In this document: positions 37,399 to 46,077 of the stretch, in pieces
Numbering within the stretch: the stretch's first letter is position 1
Layout of the letters: each line of letters opens with the position of its first letter
Virus record (IMG/VR): IMGVR_UViG_3300032308_002092
Coordinates: 32,001 to 96,000 of that record
Source: a virus
Strand: one strand, 5' to 3'
Length of the DNA: 64,000 nucleotides
Program-made: the position numbers and the translations under genes
Notes under the pieces: model-generated
What the model was told of the DNA's origin: nothing
The model's input: only the letters and a program-made list of their open reading frames with translations
The model's database searches: none

Positions 37399-37722
37399 TT
37401 AAAATTCTGAAGGCGTACCAACTGCGGTGCCGATACCATCGCCTTCGTCTTCGTTAAAAGTGTTGTCGCCATCGCCGTTCTCGTAGCCGTACATACTTCC
37501 AAAACCTTCTCCGTCGCCATCAGTAGAGCCAGTTAAGGGTCGTTTTGGAGATAATCTGATGATTGGGGAATCGTACTGATGGCCGCTACCCAACCCACCG
37601 CCAAAGACATACCCATATCGCTCTCCGTAGCCAGCGCCGTTGCCGTCTTGTGGGTATCCGTACTGACGATACCCATACCCGTTTATGGGTAGCACCTTCT
37701 CATTATCTTCGGTTTTACTCAT
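37399..37722 (-). CDS. Gly/Asp/Tyr-rich mini-protein, array member 8 (ends PSEF)
   Basis: LPINGYG...PSEF; alternative TTG start at 37743. Confidence 0.7.
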   Translation of the reverse strand: MSKTEDNEKVLPINGYGYRQYGYPQDGNGAGYGERYGYVFGGGLGSGHQYDSPIIRLSPKRPLTGSTDGDGEGFGSMYGYENGDGDNTFNEDEGDGIGTAVGTPSEF

Positions 37723-37736
37723 ATATTTATACTCAC

Positions 37737-38003
37737 TCACCAATCCGATGGGTTAAAATCGTCTCCATCGCCGCCACCATCCCCATCACCATCACCGCCG
37801 TCTCCGTCACCGAAGCCGTTTCCAAACGGATTGCCGTGCCCGTAGCCACAGTCATCGAAGCCGCGATTGCCATGGCCACAACCGTCACCACTCATGCTTC
37901 CATAGTCGTGGCCATAGCCGCAGCCAATGCCGTCACCCCCTATGTTTCCATAGGCTCCATCACCATAGCCATCTATATCGAACTCTTCCGTTAATACTTC
38001 CAT
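37737..38003 (-). CDS. Gly/Asp/Tyr-rich mini-protein, member 7 (PSDW)
   Basis: FDIDGYG...PSDW. Confidence 0.75.
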   Translation of the reverse strand: MEVLTEEFDIDGYGDGAYGNIGGDGIGCGYGHDYGSMSGDGCGHGNRGFDDCGYGHGNPFGNGFGDGDGGDGDGDGGGDGDDFNPSDW

Positions 38004-38006
38004 TAC

Positions 38007-38231
38007 TCACCACTCTGATGGCGGTATTTCTTCATCGCCGATACCGAAGCCATCTCCGTCGAATAGTCCATATACATCGCTACCGCTACCGTCCCCACCA
38101 CCAATGACATCCCCATATCGCGCTCCGTACCCATCGCCGTCGCCACGGCCATGGCCTGTACCGCCGCCGCGTTTATTGGTGTAAGGGTCTGCGTAACCGT
38201 AACCAATGCCATCTATCTCCAACTTATCCAT
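38007..38231 (-). CDS. Gly/Asp/Tyr-rich mini-protein, member 6 (PSEW)
   Basis: LEIDGIG...PSEW. Confidence 0.75.
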   Translation of the reverse strand: MDKLEIDGIGYGYADPYTNKRGGGTGHGRGDGDGYGARYGDVIGGGDGSGSDVYGLFDGDGFGIGDEEIPPSEW

Positions 38232-38237
38232 GTCACC

Positions 38238-38483
38238 TCACCAGTCCGATGGAGAGTAACCGTTGCCATCGCTATAACCATGCCCATCGCCGTCGCTTTC
38301 TCCGATATCGCCCCATCCTTCTCCGTCGCCGTTGCTATAACCGCATCCGTAGCCGTTGCCGTAACCTTCATCGTCAAAGGCGTCATACCATTCATGGTTG
38401 AGTTCTCCGTAACCGATGCCGTCGCCGTATGCGCCACTATCGCCATGGCCAAAACCGTCTATTGCCAACAGATATACTTCCAT
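38238..38483 (-). CDS. Gly/Asp/Tyr-rich mini-protein, member 5 (PSDW)
   Basis: LAIDGFG...PSDW. Confidence 0.75.
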   Translation of the reverse strand: MEVYLLAIDGFGHGDSGAYGDGIGYGELNHEWYDAFDDEGYGNGYGCGYSNGDGEGWGDIGESDGDGHGYSDGNGYSPSDW

Positions 38484-38487
38484 CTAC

Positions 38488-38733
38488 TTACCGCTCCGAG
38501 GGGTTGGTATTGAAATGGAGGTTACTGGCTGCGCCTTGGTAGCCGTATTCTTTATCGTACCCTCCGCCATCTAGCGCATGCTTCCAGTACGCGTCATCGT
38601 GGTAAGGGTGGCCACAACCGTCGCCATTGGATGCGAGAATATATCCTTCACCGTCTCCTCTGTTGTCACCGTTGTGCCAGCCATCGACTCCATCACCGTA
38701 CCCATCTATTTTTATCTCGTCTATTGTGGTCAT
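38488..38733 (-). CDS. Gly/Asp/Tyr-rich mini-protein, member 4 (PSER)
   Basis: IKIDGYG...PSER. Confidence 0.75.
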   Translation of the reverse strand: MTTIDEIKIDGYGDGVDGWHNGDNRGDGEGYILASNGDGCGHPYHDDAYWKHALDGGGYDKEYGYQGAASNLHFNTNPSER

Positions 38734-38737
38734 CTGC

Positions 38738-38977
38738 TCACCGGTCTGAGGGGTTTAAGTGGGTGTGGTCTTCATCGTCTTCTATCCCCACACCATCGCA
38801 CCAACCTCCGTAGCTATCTCCATATCCCAAACTGTAGCCGGCATGAATCCGTATGCCGCAGCCGTGGCCGTCGCCATTAAAATCACCACCTTCTCTACAC
38901 GTGCCAAAGCCTTCGCCATTCAAGCGGTTATCTTCCGTACCCCAACCATTTATGTCTATCTTCTCTGCTACGATCAT
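38738..38977 (-). CDS. Gly/Asp/Tyr-rich mini-protein, member 3 (PSDR)
   Basis: IDINGWG...PSDR. Confidence 0.75.
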   Translation of the reverse strand: MIVAEKIDINGWGTEDNRLNGEGFGTCREGGDFNGDGHGCGIRIHAGYSLGYGDSYGGWCDGVGIEDDEDHTHLNPSDR

Positions 38978-38980
38978 TGC

Positions 38981-39199
38981 TCACCAGTCCGACGGGTCGT
39001 TAAGGAAGTAGTCTATCTCGCCAGAAGGCTCCAAATGACCGCTGTCTTGGCTGCCATCTTTGTACATAAAGTAGTAACCGAAGCCATCTCCGTTGAATAG
39101 TCCGTATATATCGCCGTAGCCAACGCCGTCGCCCACTTCGATCGTAGAAGACCAGCCGTCACCATAGCCATCTATTTCTAGGGTGTGCGTAGTTACCAA
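38981..39199 (-). CDS. Gly/Asp/Tyr-rich mini-protein, member 2 (PSDW)
   Basis: LEIDGYG...PSDW; TTG start overlapping the previous stop. Confidence 0.7.
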   Translation of the reverse strand: MVTTHTLEIDGYGDGWSSTIEVGDGVGYGDIYGLFNGDGFGYYFMYKDGSQDSGHLEPSGEIDYFLNDPSDW

Positions 39200-39462
39200 T
39201 CTGAGGGGTATCCTTCTGTTGAGCAGTAGCCTGTTATCTTTATAGGTGAACCGCTCCCGTCTCCAGTATGACTACCCCAACCATTAGAATAATCGTGGCC
39301 GCCACCATCGCCGTCGTCGTCTGTGTCAAAGTTAGTTGAGAACTGACCATAGTAGTGGCAGTACCCTTGTCCGTTGCCATTTTCAAACAACTTGTATCCG
39401 ATAAAGGATGCTGCGTCCTCTGATCCAATGCCAGTTATGGTTAGCGGTTCTGCCAACTCCAT
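39193..39462 (-). CDS. Gly/Asp/Tyr-rich mini-protein, member 1 (PSDW)
   Basis: LTITGIG...PSDW. Confidence 0.75.
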   Translation of the reverse strand: MELAEPLTITGIGSEDAASFIGYKLFENGNGQGYCHYYGQFSTNFDTDDDGDGGGHDYSNGWGSHTGDGSGSPIKITGYCSTEGYPSDW

Positions 39463-39855
39463 CTACTCAGCTTCCTGGTCCTTGGGTTGAGACTTCTTGG
39501 CGTGCTTGTTGCAAGTGTGTCTGATCCAGTAGCCTTCGTCTGGACCCACGTCCTCGCCAGTGCCGCACACTGAACATATGTTTCCAGTGATGATCTCGTA
39601 GGTGTCGGTTATACTGGTTATAACTTTGTCTACGTTGTCGCCATAGTCGTGCGTGTAGTAACACCGCAGTGTTCCAAACTTCTCTTTGATCTGAGAGAAC
39701 CTGATCCTGGGGAATAGCGAGACTAGTGTACCCACGTAGTTCTCGATTACTTGGTCCCAACCCTCAGGGGTCTCGATTGTCCTACCGCGTAGGTATTGAG
39801 AGAACTGCTCTGGGTACTTGTCGAATAGTTTTTTAGTAATGTCTTGGCTGCTCAT
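39463..39855 (-). CDS. Conserved phage protein (QIKEKFG.LR family, CxxC)
   Basis: QIKEKFGTLRCY...CSVCG...W....C..H. Confidence 0.7.
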   Translation of the reverse strand: MSSQDITKKLFDKYPEQFSQYLRGRTIETPEGWDQVIENYVGTLVSLFPRIRFSQIKEKFGTLRCYYTHDYGDNVDKVITSITDTYEIITGNICSVCGTGEDVGPDEGYWIRHTCNKHAKKSQPKDQEAE

Positions 39856-39862
39856 TTTATCC

Positions 39863-40108
39863 TCACTCATACTCGTTGTGGAAACGGACTTCTTTGAGAA
39901 GAGGTCCCTGACCAAAGGCGTGGCCAAACTCGTCCACCTTGGTCACATTGATCGAGTCTGTATCCATGTGTTGCCAAACGACTACGTAAGCATGGAACGA
40001 CTCTGTCTGCGTAGGGTCTTGGAACAAGCCCAGGACCTTGTGCTTGCCATCAATCAGATAAGTCTTGCTTGCGTCGATTCTCTGTGATCTCTTTGATGAT
40101 GCGTACAT
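39863..40108 (-). CDS. Hypothetical protein
   Basis: ORF; start uncertain. Confidence 0.45.
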   Translation of the reverse strand: MYASSKRSQRIDASKTYLIDGKHKVLGLFQDPTQTESFHAYVVVWQHMDTDSINVTKVDEFGHAFGQGPLLKEVRFHNEYE

Positions 40109-40277
40109 TCTCTCTCCTTTTCTCGTCTTCGTTGATTATCTCTAACACTCTTTTGTTGTACTCTTCGGCCATAGACCTTATCTTTCGTATCCTATTTATA
40201 AGGTCTTCAGCTTCCTTATCCAAGGGAGATTTCCCTTTTGACTCTCGGTATGCCCTTAGGTCTATTACTTTAGTCAC
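40050..40277 (-). CDS. Small coiled-coil protein
   Basis: KVIDLRAYR N-terminus. Confidence 0.5.
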   Translation of the reverse strand: MTKVIDLRAYRESKGKSPLDKEAEDLINRIRKIRSMAEEYNKRVLEIINEDEKRRENVRIIKEITENRRKQDLSD

Positions 40278-40939
40278 TTGCTTTCTTCTTTATCGATCTC
40301 TATGTTGGTCTTCTCTTTTAGGAATAGCCACTTAGAGATGTAGCTACTAGTTTCGACCGTGGATAGGTTGCGCAGCTCTTGGAGTTGCTTGATCTGGTTG
40401 CTACTTGCACCGGCGTTGTAGGCTACCAGAGCAAGGCTGGTTTGGCCATTGAAGATCTCGAGTAGGTGTCTGAATCTACAAGCGCCGATCAACAGGTTAA
40501 TCTCAGCTATATCGAGATCGCTTGGGTCTAGCTTTTCGATGCCGCAAGCTTTAGCGAACTCAGGGGCATACTGAGGCATGAGTTGTGTCAACCCGGTAGC
40601 ACCTACGTGTGACTTGGCTTTAGAGTCGAACTTAGACTCGATAGCGATAAGCGTCACGAACTGCTTCCTTGCTTCTTGGTTGTCGAAGATCTCCATAGCC
40701 ACAGATACGATCTGCCTAGCGATCACTTGCCGCCTAACGTCAGTCATCTGCGCGTTGACTATCTTCATCTGCATTAGAACGTAGTTGCCCAACTCCACAG
40801 AGTTAGCTTCTGCGCCAGGCTGTGGTGAAGCCTGAGGTTCATTTATTTCAACGACACCTTGCACTTTGTTGTTTGAGCAAGCCGTGCTCAAAAGTACTGC
40901 GGCTACAAACATGCCGACTTTAGATCTATAGTTCTTCAT
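40274..40939 (-). CDS. Lipoprotein lytic transglycosylase (SLT)
   Basis: LSTAC lipobox; IESKF...A.S..GATGLTQLMP; AYNAG. Confidence 0.85.
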   Translation of the reverse strand: MKNYRSKVGMFVAAVLLSTACSNNKVQGVVEINEPQASPQPGAEANSVELGNYVLMQMKIVNAQMTDVRRQVIARQIVSVAMEIFDNQEARKQFVTLIAIESKFDSKAKSHVGATGLTQLMPQYAPEFAKACGIEKLDPSDLDIAEINLLIGACRFRHLLEIFNGQTSLALVAYNAGASSNQIKQLQELRNLSTVETSSYISKWLFLKEKTNIEIDKEESK

Positions 40940-40960
40940 ATACTCTCCTAGTAGTAACAT

Positions 40961-41455
40961 CTACTGTTTATTATCGGATCGGGATTTCCCGCCTAGATGT
41001 AGTAGCTGCCTTTCAATCATGTTTGTTTCCATCTTTTTATGGTCTAACGATAGGTTTCTAAGGTTGCGAATATCCACATACAAGATCTGCTTCTCGCCTA
41101 CGTTTGAGGGGTGTCCATACTTTATATGGACCGCTAAGTAAGTCTTTGTGCGTGGTATTTTTGTTATGAAGTTCATCTGGCCTATGGTTAAAGACCTGGT
41201 TCTGCGCTTGCCCTTTTTAGCCTTATCTATTTGATTAGATAGGTATTTAGTGAAACCACGATGCATTTCACATAACCACTCTTCAATCTTCACTGGGTCT
41301 TTGTGAAGAGATAGCGACAGCATGTCAAAAACAAAGTCTCGCATAACTACGTCTGTTGGTATTTCCTTGATGTCGTACTCTTTTAACCCAATGCTTACGT
41401 ACGAGAAACCCATGAACCTATGGATAGATTTTTCTATGTAGTTTGAGTTACTCAT
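40961..41455 (-). CDS. Hypothetical protein
   Basis: ORF. Confidence 0.5.
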   Translation of the reverse strand: MSNSNYIEKSIHRFMGFSYVSIGLKEYDIKEIPTDVVMRDFVFDMLSLSLHKDPVKIEEWLCEMHRGFTKYLSNQIDKAKKGKRRTRSLTIGQMNFITKIPRTKTYLAVHIKYGHPSNVGEKQILYVDIRNLRNLSLDHKKMETNMIERQLLHLGGKSRSDNKQ

Positions 41456-41471
41456 AGCTACACTCGCTTAG

Positions 41472-42596
41472 TTACTTGGCCTTGTTGAGCTTGATGTTAG
41501 CTTTCAGAACTTCTACGAGCTGAGGGTGCTTGGCTGCGAGGTCTTTGAAGAAGGTAGCTACGTTAGTTCCCTTACCGCTTTGGCCGCAGCTTCGAAGTAG
41601 GTCGATCGCCAAATCGCTTGGGATGATGCTGGCTACTTCGACCATCAAGTCTTCGCTGATCTCATTCTCTTTAGGCTCGCGTCCACCGTAGTTCTTGGAG
41701 ATAGACTCAATGGTTACTGAGATGTAGTCGCCCTTGTAGTTACTTGGGTTGCTCTGCTCTTTCAGCTTCTTGAGCGAAGCGGATTTGCTAGTGAGCAGAT
41801 CTTGCGCTGTAACTGGAGCTTCAGTGTGAACATACTTCCAGAACTCGCTGCCAATGCCTTTACCCAAGATGCTGATGCACAGCTGTCGGTGCATGGTTCT
41901 ATCTTCTAGACCACCCGACTTGTGAGCTGCGTTCAGCCTACTCCATGTACGAGGAGAGATGTATACTGAGTCCTTGCCCAAGGAGCTAGGCTCTTTGTAG
42001 ATCCAAGCGCCAGACTTCACGAAGTTTTGGATATGGTCGCAGAACTTGTTTGTCTCCATGAAATCAACGAAGCCGTTGTGATCATAGTCGATATCGAAGT
42101 GAACGAATCTGTCTTTAAGCGCTGTGTCTGCGGAGTTCGTATCGTACTCTGAGGACTCTGGGTTGTTAGATGTAGCGATTACCCAACCACTCGGTAGCTT
42201 ATAGTTAGGGCCGACGCCTCGACTAGCGTCAGTGAGCTGCATCAAGCAGTTCATTACCGCAGACGTAGATCTGAGCGACTCGTCGAGAAAGATGAGTCCC
42301 TCTGAGTCTTTACCTCGTGGCCAGAACTCCGGAACATAGTGCGTCGTGACCTTACTACCATCTTCCAGTCTTTCCTGTTGCGGTAAGCCGATGAAGTCAG
42401 GTGCTTCCAAGAACGCACAGCGAAGCATCAAGAAACCGAAGTCAGGGTTTCGCTTTCTTTGCTTCTCAACCCACTGCATGACCTGCTCAGTCTTGGAAAG
42501 ACCGGCATGGCCAATGAAGGATGGGTTCAAGGTGTATCCTTGCTTGCGGGCATTGAGGGCTAGATCGAGAACATCTGAAATTTTACTAGGTTTCAT
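41472..42596 (-). CDS. AAA+ ATPase (MoxR/dynein-related, DUF2201-associated type)
   Basis: Walker A variant GHAGLSKT, IFLDE, ALKDRF, SPRTW. Confidence 0.8.
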   Translation of the reverse strand: MKPSKISDVLDLALNARKQGYTLNPSFIGHAGLSKTEQVMQWVEKQRKRNPDFGFLMLRCAFLEAPDFIGLPQQERLEDGSKVTTHYVPEFWPRGKDSEGLIFLDESLRSTSAVMNCLMQLTDASRGVGPNYKLPSGWVIATSNNPESSEYDTNSADTALKDRFVHFDIDYDHNGFVDFMETNKFCDHIQNFVKSGAWIYKEPSSLGKDSVYISPRTWSRLNAAHKSGGLEDRTMHRQLCISILGKGIGSEFWKYVHTEAPVTAQDLLTSKSASLKKLKEQSNPSNYKGDYISVTIESISKNYGGREPKENEISEDLMVEVASIIPSDLAIDLLRSCGQSGKGTNVATFFKDLAAKHPQLVEVLKANIKLNKAK

Positions 42597-42636
42597 TTAA
42601 ACTCCTATTGTTGTTATGGTCGATATTATTTCGGGA

Positions 42637-42915
42637 TCACATGAACTCTATGGAACTCTCGGGGTAACCTGGATCTGCGTCCATAGTTATTTTGTTTGCC
42701 ATGTCCATGGCCATATCTGCACTTTGTTTTGCAACATCTGCTTCTTTTTCATGACCTTGTTCTCTCATAATCTTTTCCGTAAGTTTGTACATCCTGTAGG
42801 CGTACTGCAAACTAGTTATGAGCGCTATGACTTCGTTATCGGTTAGGTTTAACGAGATGTATCCCTTGCTAAACTCATCATCATTAAAAAGTGAAGGCCT
42901 ACCTTTTTCGTCCAT
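42637..42915 (-). CDS. Hypothetical protein
   Basis: ORF with GGAGG RBS. Confidence 0.55.
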   Translation of the reverse strand: MDEKGRPSLFNDDEFSKGYISLNLTDNEVIALITSLQYAYRMYKLTEKIMREQGHEKEADVAKQSADMAMDMANKITMDADPGYPESSIEFM

Positions 42916-42932
42916 GATTCCTCCACGGTTGC

Positions 42933-43178
42933 TTAATCTTCTTTTACCATCGTCTTCAGGAAATCAGGTAGTGCTGATACGTCTAGTTTTTTCTTACTTT
43001 TGGTTTTCTTAGGCTTGAACTCAGAGAAGAAGTGGGCACCCTCGTCTAGATCCATAAGTGAGACCTGCTTAGTCATGTAAGATATTTTCTGCTTAAAGTC
43101 GGGCTTAATAGCCTCTAGTTTCTCTACCTTACCGCCTCTGGCCAGGTATTGCTCTATGGTCTCTTTCATTCGTTCCAT
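42933..43178 (-). CDS. SutA-like putative RNA-polymerase-binding protein
   Basis: IEQYLARGGKVEKL resembles the SutA core motif. Confidence 0.45.
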   Translation of the reverse strand: MERMKETIEQYLARGGKVEKLEAIKPDFKQKISYMTKQVSLMDLDEGAHFFSEFKPKKTKSKKKLDVSALPDFLKTMVKED

Positions 43179-43238
43179 CCTTGTCTGTTGGGTATAAGAA
43201 CCTTGTCATCGTTCATCAGAAATAAGATCGGAGATTAT

Positions 43239-44015
43239 ATGGCAGCTGATAAGTCAGAATCACTAGAAGTGGTAAACTCTGGAATAGATTGGCAACTTAG
43301 GCGCATATACTGGGGGTCGTTAGACAAATCAGACTCCGAAGATAAAAGTGAGTTCTGCTGGGCTACAGTAGAGCACATGGTTAGAGCCATGCACAAGATG
43401 TATCAGATCAACAACAAGCCTATCGAGCTCCACTTCAACTCACCCGGTGGCGATGTCTATGATATGCTTAGGCTTATGGATGAGATTGAATCCGCTCCCT
43501 GTCAGATAAGGTTCATAGGATCGGGGATCATCGCTTCGGCCGCTACGTGGATCATGTGCGTAAGCGACCACAGATCACTGCACAAGAACACCGTAGTTAT
43601 GCTACACGACGGCCACGAAGGCTTCATCGGTAGCCATACCGACACGCAGATCGCCGCTAGCCACAACCGCCAACTGCAAGACCGACTGTATGAAGTTTTT
43701 GCAGCCAACTCTAGGATGCCTACCGTGTTCTGGCAAGACCTCATGCAGCGCGATTTATACCTTAGAGCAGACGAAGCCAAGATGCTAGGGCTGTGCGACG
43801 AAGTCATTGAGCCACGTAAGCGTGGTGGTGTTCGCAAATCCAGACAAGCGATCCTATCTAACCACCCTGATCCTTCTGAGTTGCAGAAGCTCACCAAAGA
43901 GCTGTATAAGCGCATTGATCGCAGGAAGCCATCTAAGTTGGATATCTCGTACAAGCAAGAAGAAGTGGAAGAAGCTCTGGTTGAGACCCACGTCGATGCG
44001 CCCGTAGAAGGCTGA
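43239..44015 (+). CDS. ClpP-like serine protease
   Basis: NSPGGDV, IASAA (catalytic Ser), MLH, and A.EA...GL.D. Confidence 0.8.
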   Translation: MAADKSESLEVVNSGIDWQLRRIYWGSLDKSDSEDKSEFCWATVEHMVRAMHKMYQINNKPIELHFNSPGGDVYDMLRLMDEIESAPCQIRFIGSGIIASAATWIMCVSDHRSLHKNTVVMLHDGHEGFIGSHTDTQIAASHNRQLQDRLYEVFAANSRMPTVFWQDLMQRDLYLRADEAKMLGLCDEVIEPRKRGGVRKSRQAILSNHPDPSELQKLTKELYKRIDRRKPSKLDISYKQEEVEEALVETHVDAPVEG

Positions 44016-44020
44016 TCAGC

Positions 44021-44193
44021 CTATTTCTTGGTTTCTTTATTGATGTGGTGTAAGGTTTTAGCCTTTTCTTCGTTCCATTGCGTAGTGAACATCGTACGCT
44101 CGATCTCAACTATCCTGGCTGTTAGACCGTCTATCTTCTTTTGCAGATCTTCTACAGTTGGTTTTTTAACCTTACTAGCCTTAGTTTTATCAG
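44021..44193 (-). CDS. Small coiled-coil protein
   Basis: Start MTDKTK overlapping the previous stop (ATGA). Confidence 0.45.
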
Positions 44194-45164
44194 TCATCGA
44201 AGCCGACTTTGCTTGGCTTAGTGAAGTTGTTTTTAACTTTCTTGTTGTGCTCGACAATATCTTTGACAATCTTTGCGACTGATTCGTCCTTGATTCTATG
44301 TCTGATTACGATTTCAGTTATGTGGGCTGCTGATAGGAAGTTCGCATTGCTGTCCAGTATAGCTTTCTTCTCTTCATCTGAGGCTTCTCTCTTGGCCACG
44401 AATTCAAATAGTCTAAGTCTTTCTTCTGCTTTGGGTGGTTGAAGTTCTAGCATGAGGTCGAAGCGACCAGGTCTGTCACTTAGGCTTGCCAACAGCCTTT
44501 CTGGGGTGTTGGTTGTGGCGACTATGAACGTAGGTAGCTTGAAGGTGTCGCCCATGCCATCGAGTAGGTTCAGCAACCCCGCGTCGACTGACCTAGCTCC
44601 TTCAGAGTCAGTGTTTCCGCCACCGATGTCTTCCATCACGAAGATAAGCCTAGTAGCAGACGCTGAATACTTAGAGTCTGTAGCAAGGAACTCCTGCATA
44701 TCATCTGCGTCTATCTTAGATGTAGGCCATATGATCACCACAGTGCCCTTGTCTTCTTCCACGGCTTGCTCACAGAACATGGAGATAGTTGCGGTCTTGC
44801 CATATCCAGGAGCGGAGTAAAGTAGCACACCTCTTTTGGGCTTTATGTTAAGTTCTTCGTACACAGCTAACTTAGAGAAGAAGCTGTTCGCCTCCTTCAG
44901 GATAGAGCTCGTGTTGACCAGATCTACCAGAAGTCGCTTACTGATGAGGTCGATCTGAGACAGCTCTACCTTGCCGCCTTTGTTAACGGCTTGCCAAATG
45001 CCTGGTTTTATCGAGTACTTTGGCGCTGCGCTCTTCTTTTGGTACTTGAATTGCCATAGTTTATCTTGGTATTGTAGCGCTAGGTCTGATTCACCTATAG
45101 CGTCGCCTTCACTTAGGGAATTGAGGTCTACTACTCTATGGACCTTAAATGCCTTTTTTCTCAT
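44190..45164 (-). CDS. AAA+ ATPase (classical clade)
   Basis: PGYGKT, MEDI, LLNLLDG, ATTN, DRPGRFD. Confidence 0.85.
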   Translation of the reverse strand: MRKKAFKVHRVVDLNSLSEGDAIGESDLALQYQDKLWQFKYQKKSAAPKYSIKPGIWQAVNKGGKVELSQIDLISKRLLVDLVNTSSILKEANSFFSKLAVYEELNIKPKRGVLLYSAPGYGKTATISMFCEQAVEEDKGTVVIIWPTSKIDADDMQEFLATDSKYSASATRLIFVMEDIGGGNTDSEGARSVDAGLLNLLDGMGDTFKLPTFIVATTNTPERLLASLSDRPGRFDLMLELQPPKAEERLRLFEFVAKREASDEEKKAILDSNANFLSAAHITEIVIRHRIKDESVAKIVKDIVEHNKKVKNNFTKPSKVGFDD

Positions 45165-45544
45165 CTGTAATCACCTTTTTCCCTATTTATGTGCTTAGTT
45201 TTAGACTTAGCCCTGTATATGTATTTGTTTGTTTGATCTCTCTTGTCGTCGTGTCTAATCACTTCCCAGCCTTCTCCATCGCTGCTGAATATATGGAGGC
45301 TGTCTGAGTCTGGCTTTGTGATGGCTATCGAAGATCTGCTTAAGACGGTGTCGTTTACGTTTAGCTCGCCGACTGGTTCGAAGCCGAGATCGAAGCCGAA
45401 GCTGTTGGTGAGCTTACGGTCGCCGTTCTCTAGGGTGTGCGCATGGTTCGGCTTATCATCGCTGTGTCTAGAGCGAACATTGACTCTGATGAATCTATTG
45501 TTTCCTTTTTGCTTCACCCTTATCCAATTATTCGACATACTCAA
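45161..45544 (-). CDS. Hypothetical protein
   Basis: ORF. Confidence 0.5.
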   Translation of the reverse strand: MSMSNNWIRVKQKGNNRFIRVNVRSRHSDDKPNHAHTLENGDRKLTNSFGFDLGFEPVGELNVNDTVLSRSSIAITKPDSDSLHIFSSDGEGWEVIRHDDKRDQTNKYIYRAKSKTKHINREKGDYR

Positions 45545-45842
45545 ACTCCCTCATCCCGGCTGGAGTTAGGACAGATATCTTGGCTTTTAGATCGGGCAGG
45601 ATAGCCCACTCGTAGTGTAGGAGGCCTATGGTGCCACCTTCTTTAGAGGCGTTTTCTATGGCTATTAGGAACGCGTCTTCGTGCTCAGAGTCGCGCTTGC
45701 CGTGTAGCTTCTCGTCCATTGCTTTCTTTGTGAACACACCATCTTCTATTAAGCGAAGTATGATGCTCTCAAGGGGTACTGTCCTCGTCACTAGGCGCAG
45801 GCACTCTAGCTTCCTCAGAATCAGTGGGGATGTTACACTCAC
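45528..45842 (-). CDS. Hypothetical protein
   Basis: ORF. Confidence 0.5.
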   Translation of the reverse strand: MSVTSPLILRKLECLRLVTRTVPLESIILRLIEDGVFTKKAMDEKLHGKRDSEHEDAFLIAIENASKEGGTIGLLHYEWAILPDLKAKISVLTPAGMREFEYVE

Positions 45843-46011
45843 TTGGAACCTCCAGATCTACATATAGATATGCGAAAGAAGATAGCCAATTCTCTGCGAA
45901 CCTTACGGCCTCTATCTGGTCTAGGACCGAGAACTCTACCAAGAGTAGCTTCTCGTGCTTAAGCCGCCAGACGTTGCCTATCTTTCTCTCTAATTTAAGC
46001 TTCTTACGCAT
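45769..46011 (-). CDS. Hypothetical protein
   Basis: ORF. Confidence 0.45.
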   Translation of the reverse strand: MRKKLKLERKIGNVWRLKHEKLLLVEFSVLDQIEAVRFAENWLSSFAYLYVDLEVPSECNIPTDSEEARVPAPSDEDSTP

Positions 46012-46077
46012 TGGTTACCATGGTCCTAAGTTTAGATCACTAAGTCTATAGTACCACTTGTTTGACCAATCAGTCAA

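Noticed and set aside
38003-38452. Alternative-frame Met/Ala/Thr-rich ORFs (38003-38212, 38213-38452; also the 5' extension of 53520-54056)
   Set aside because: Shadow frames of GGC/GAT/GGT-rich Gly-Asp codons.
37399-39462. CRISPR array or DGR template/variable repeats
   Set aside because: No identical nucleotide repeats, no adenine-specific mismatch pair, and no cas or reverse transcriptase gene in the window; similarity is at the protein level.
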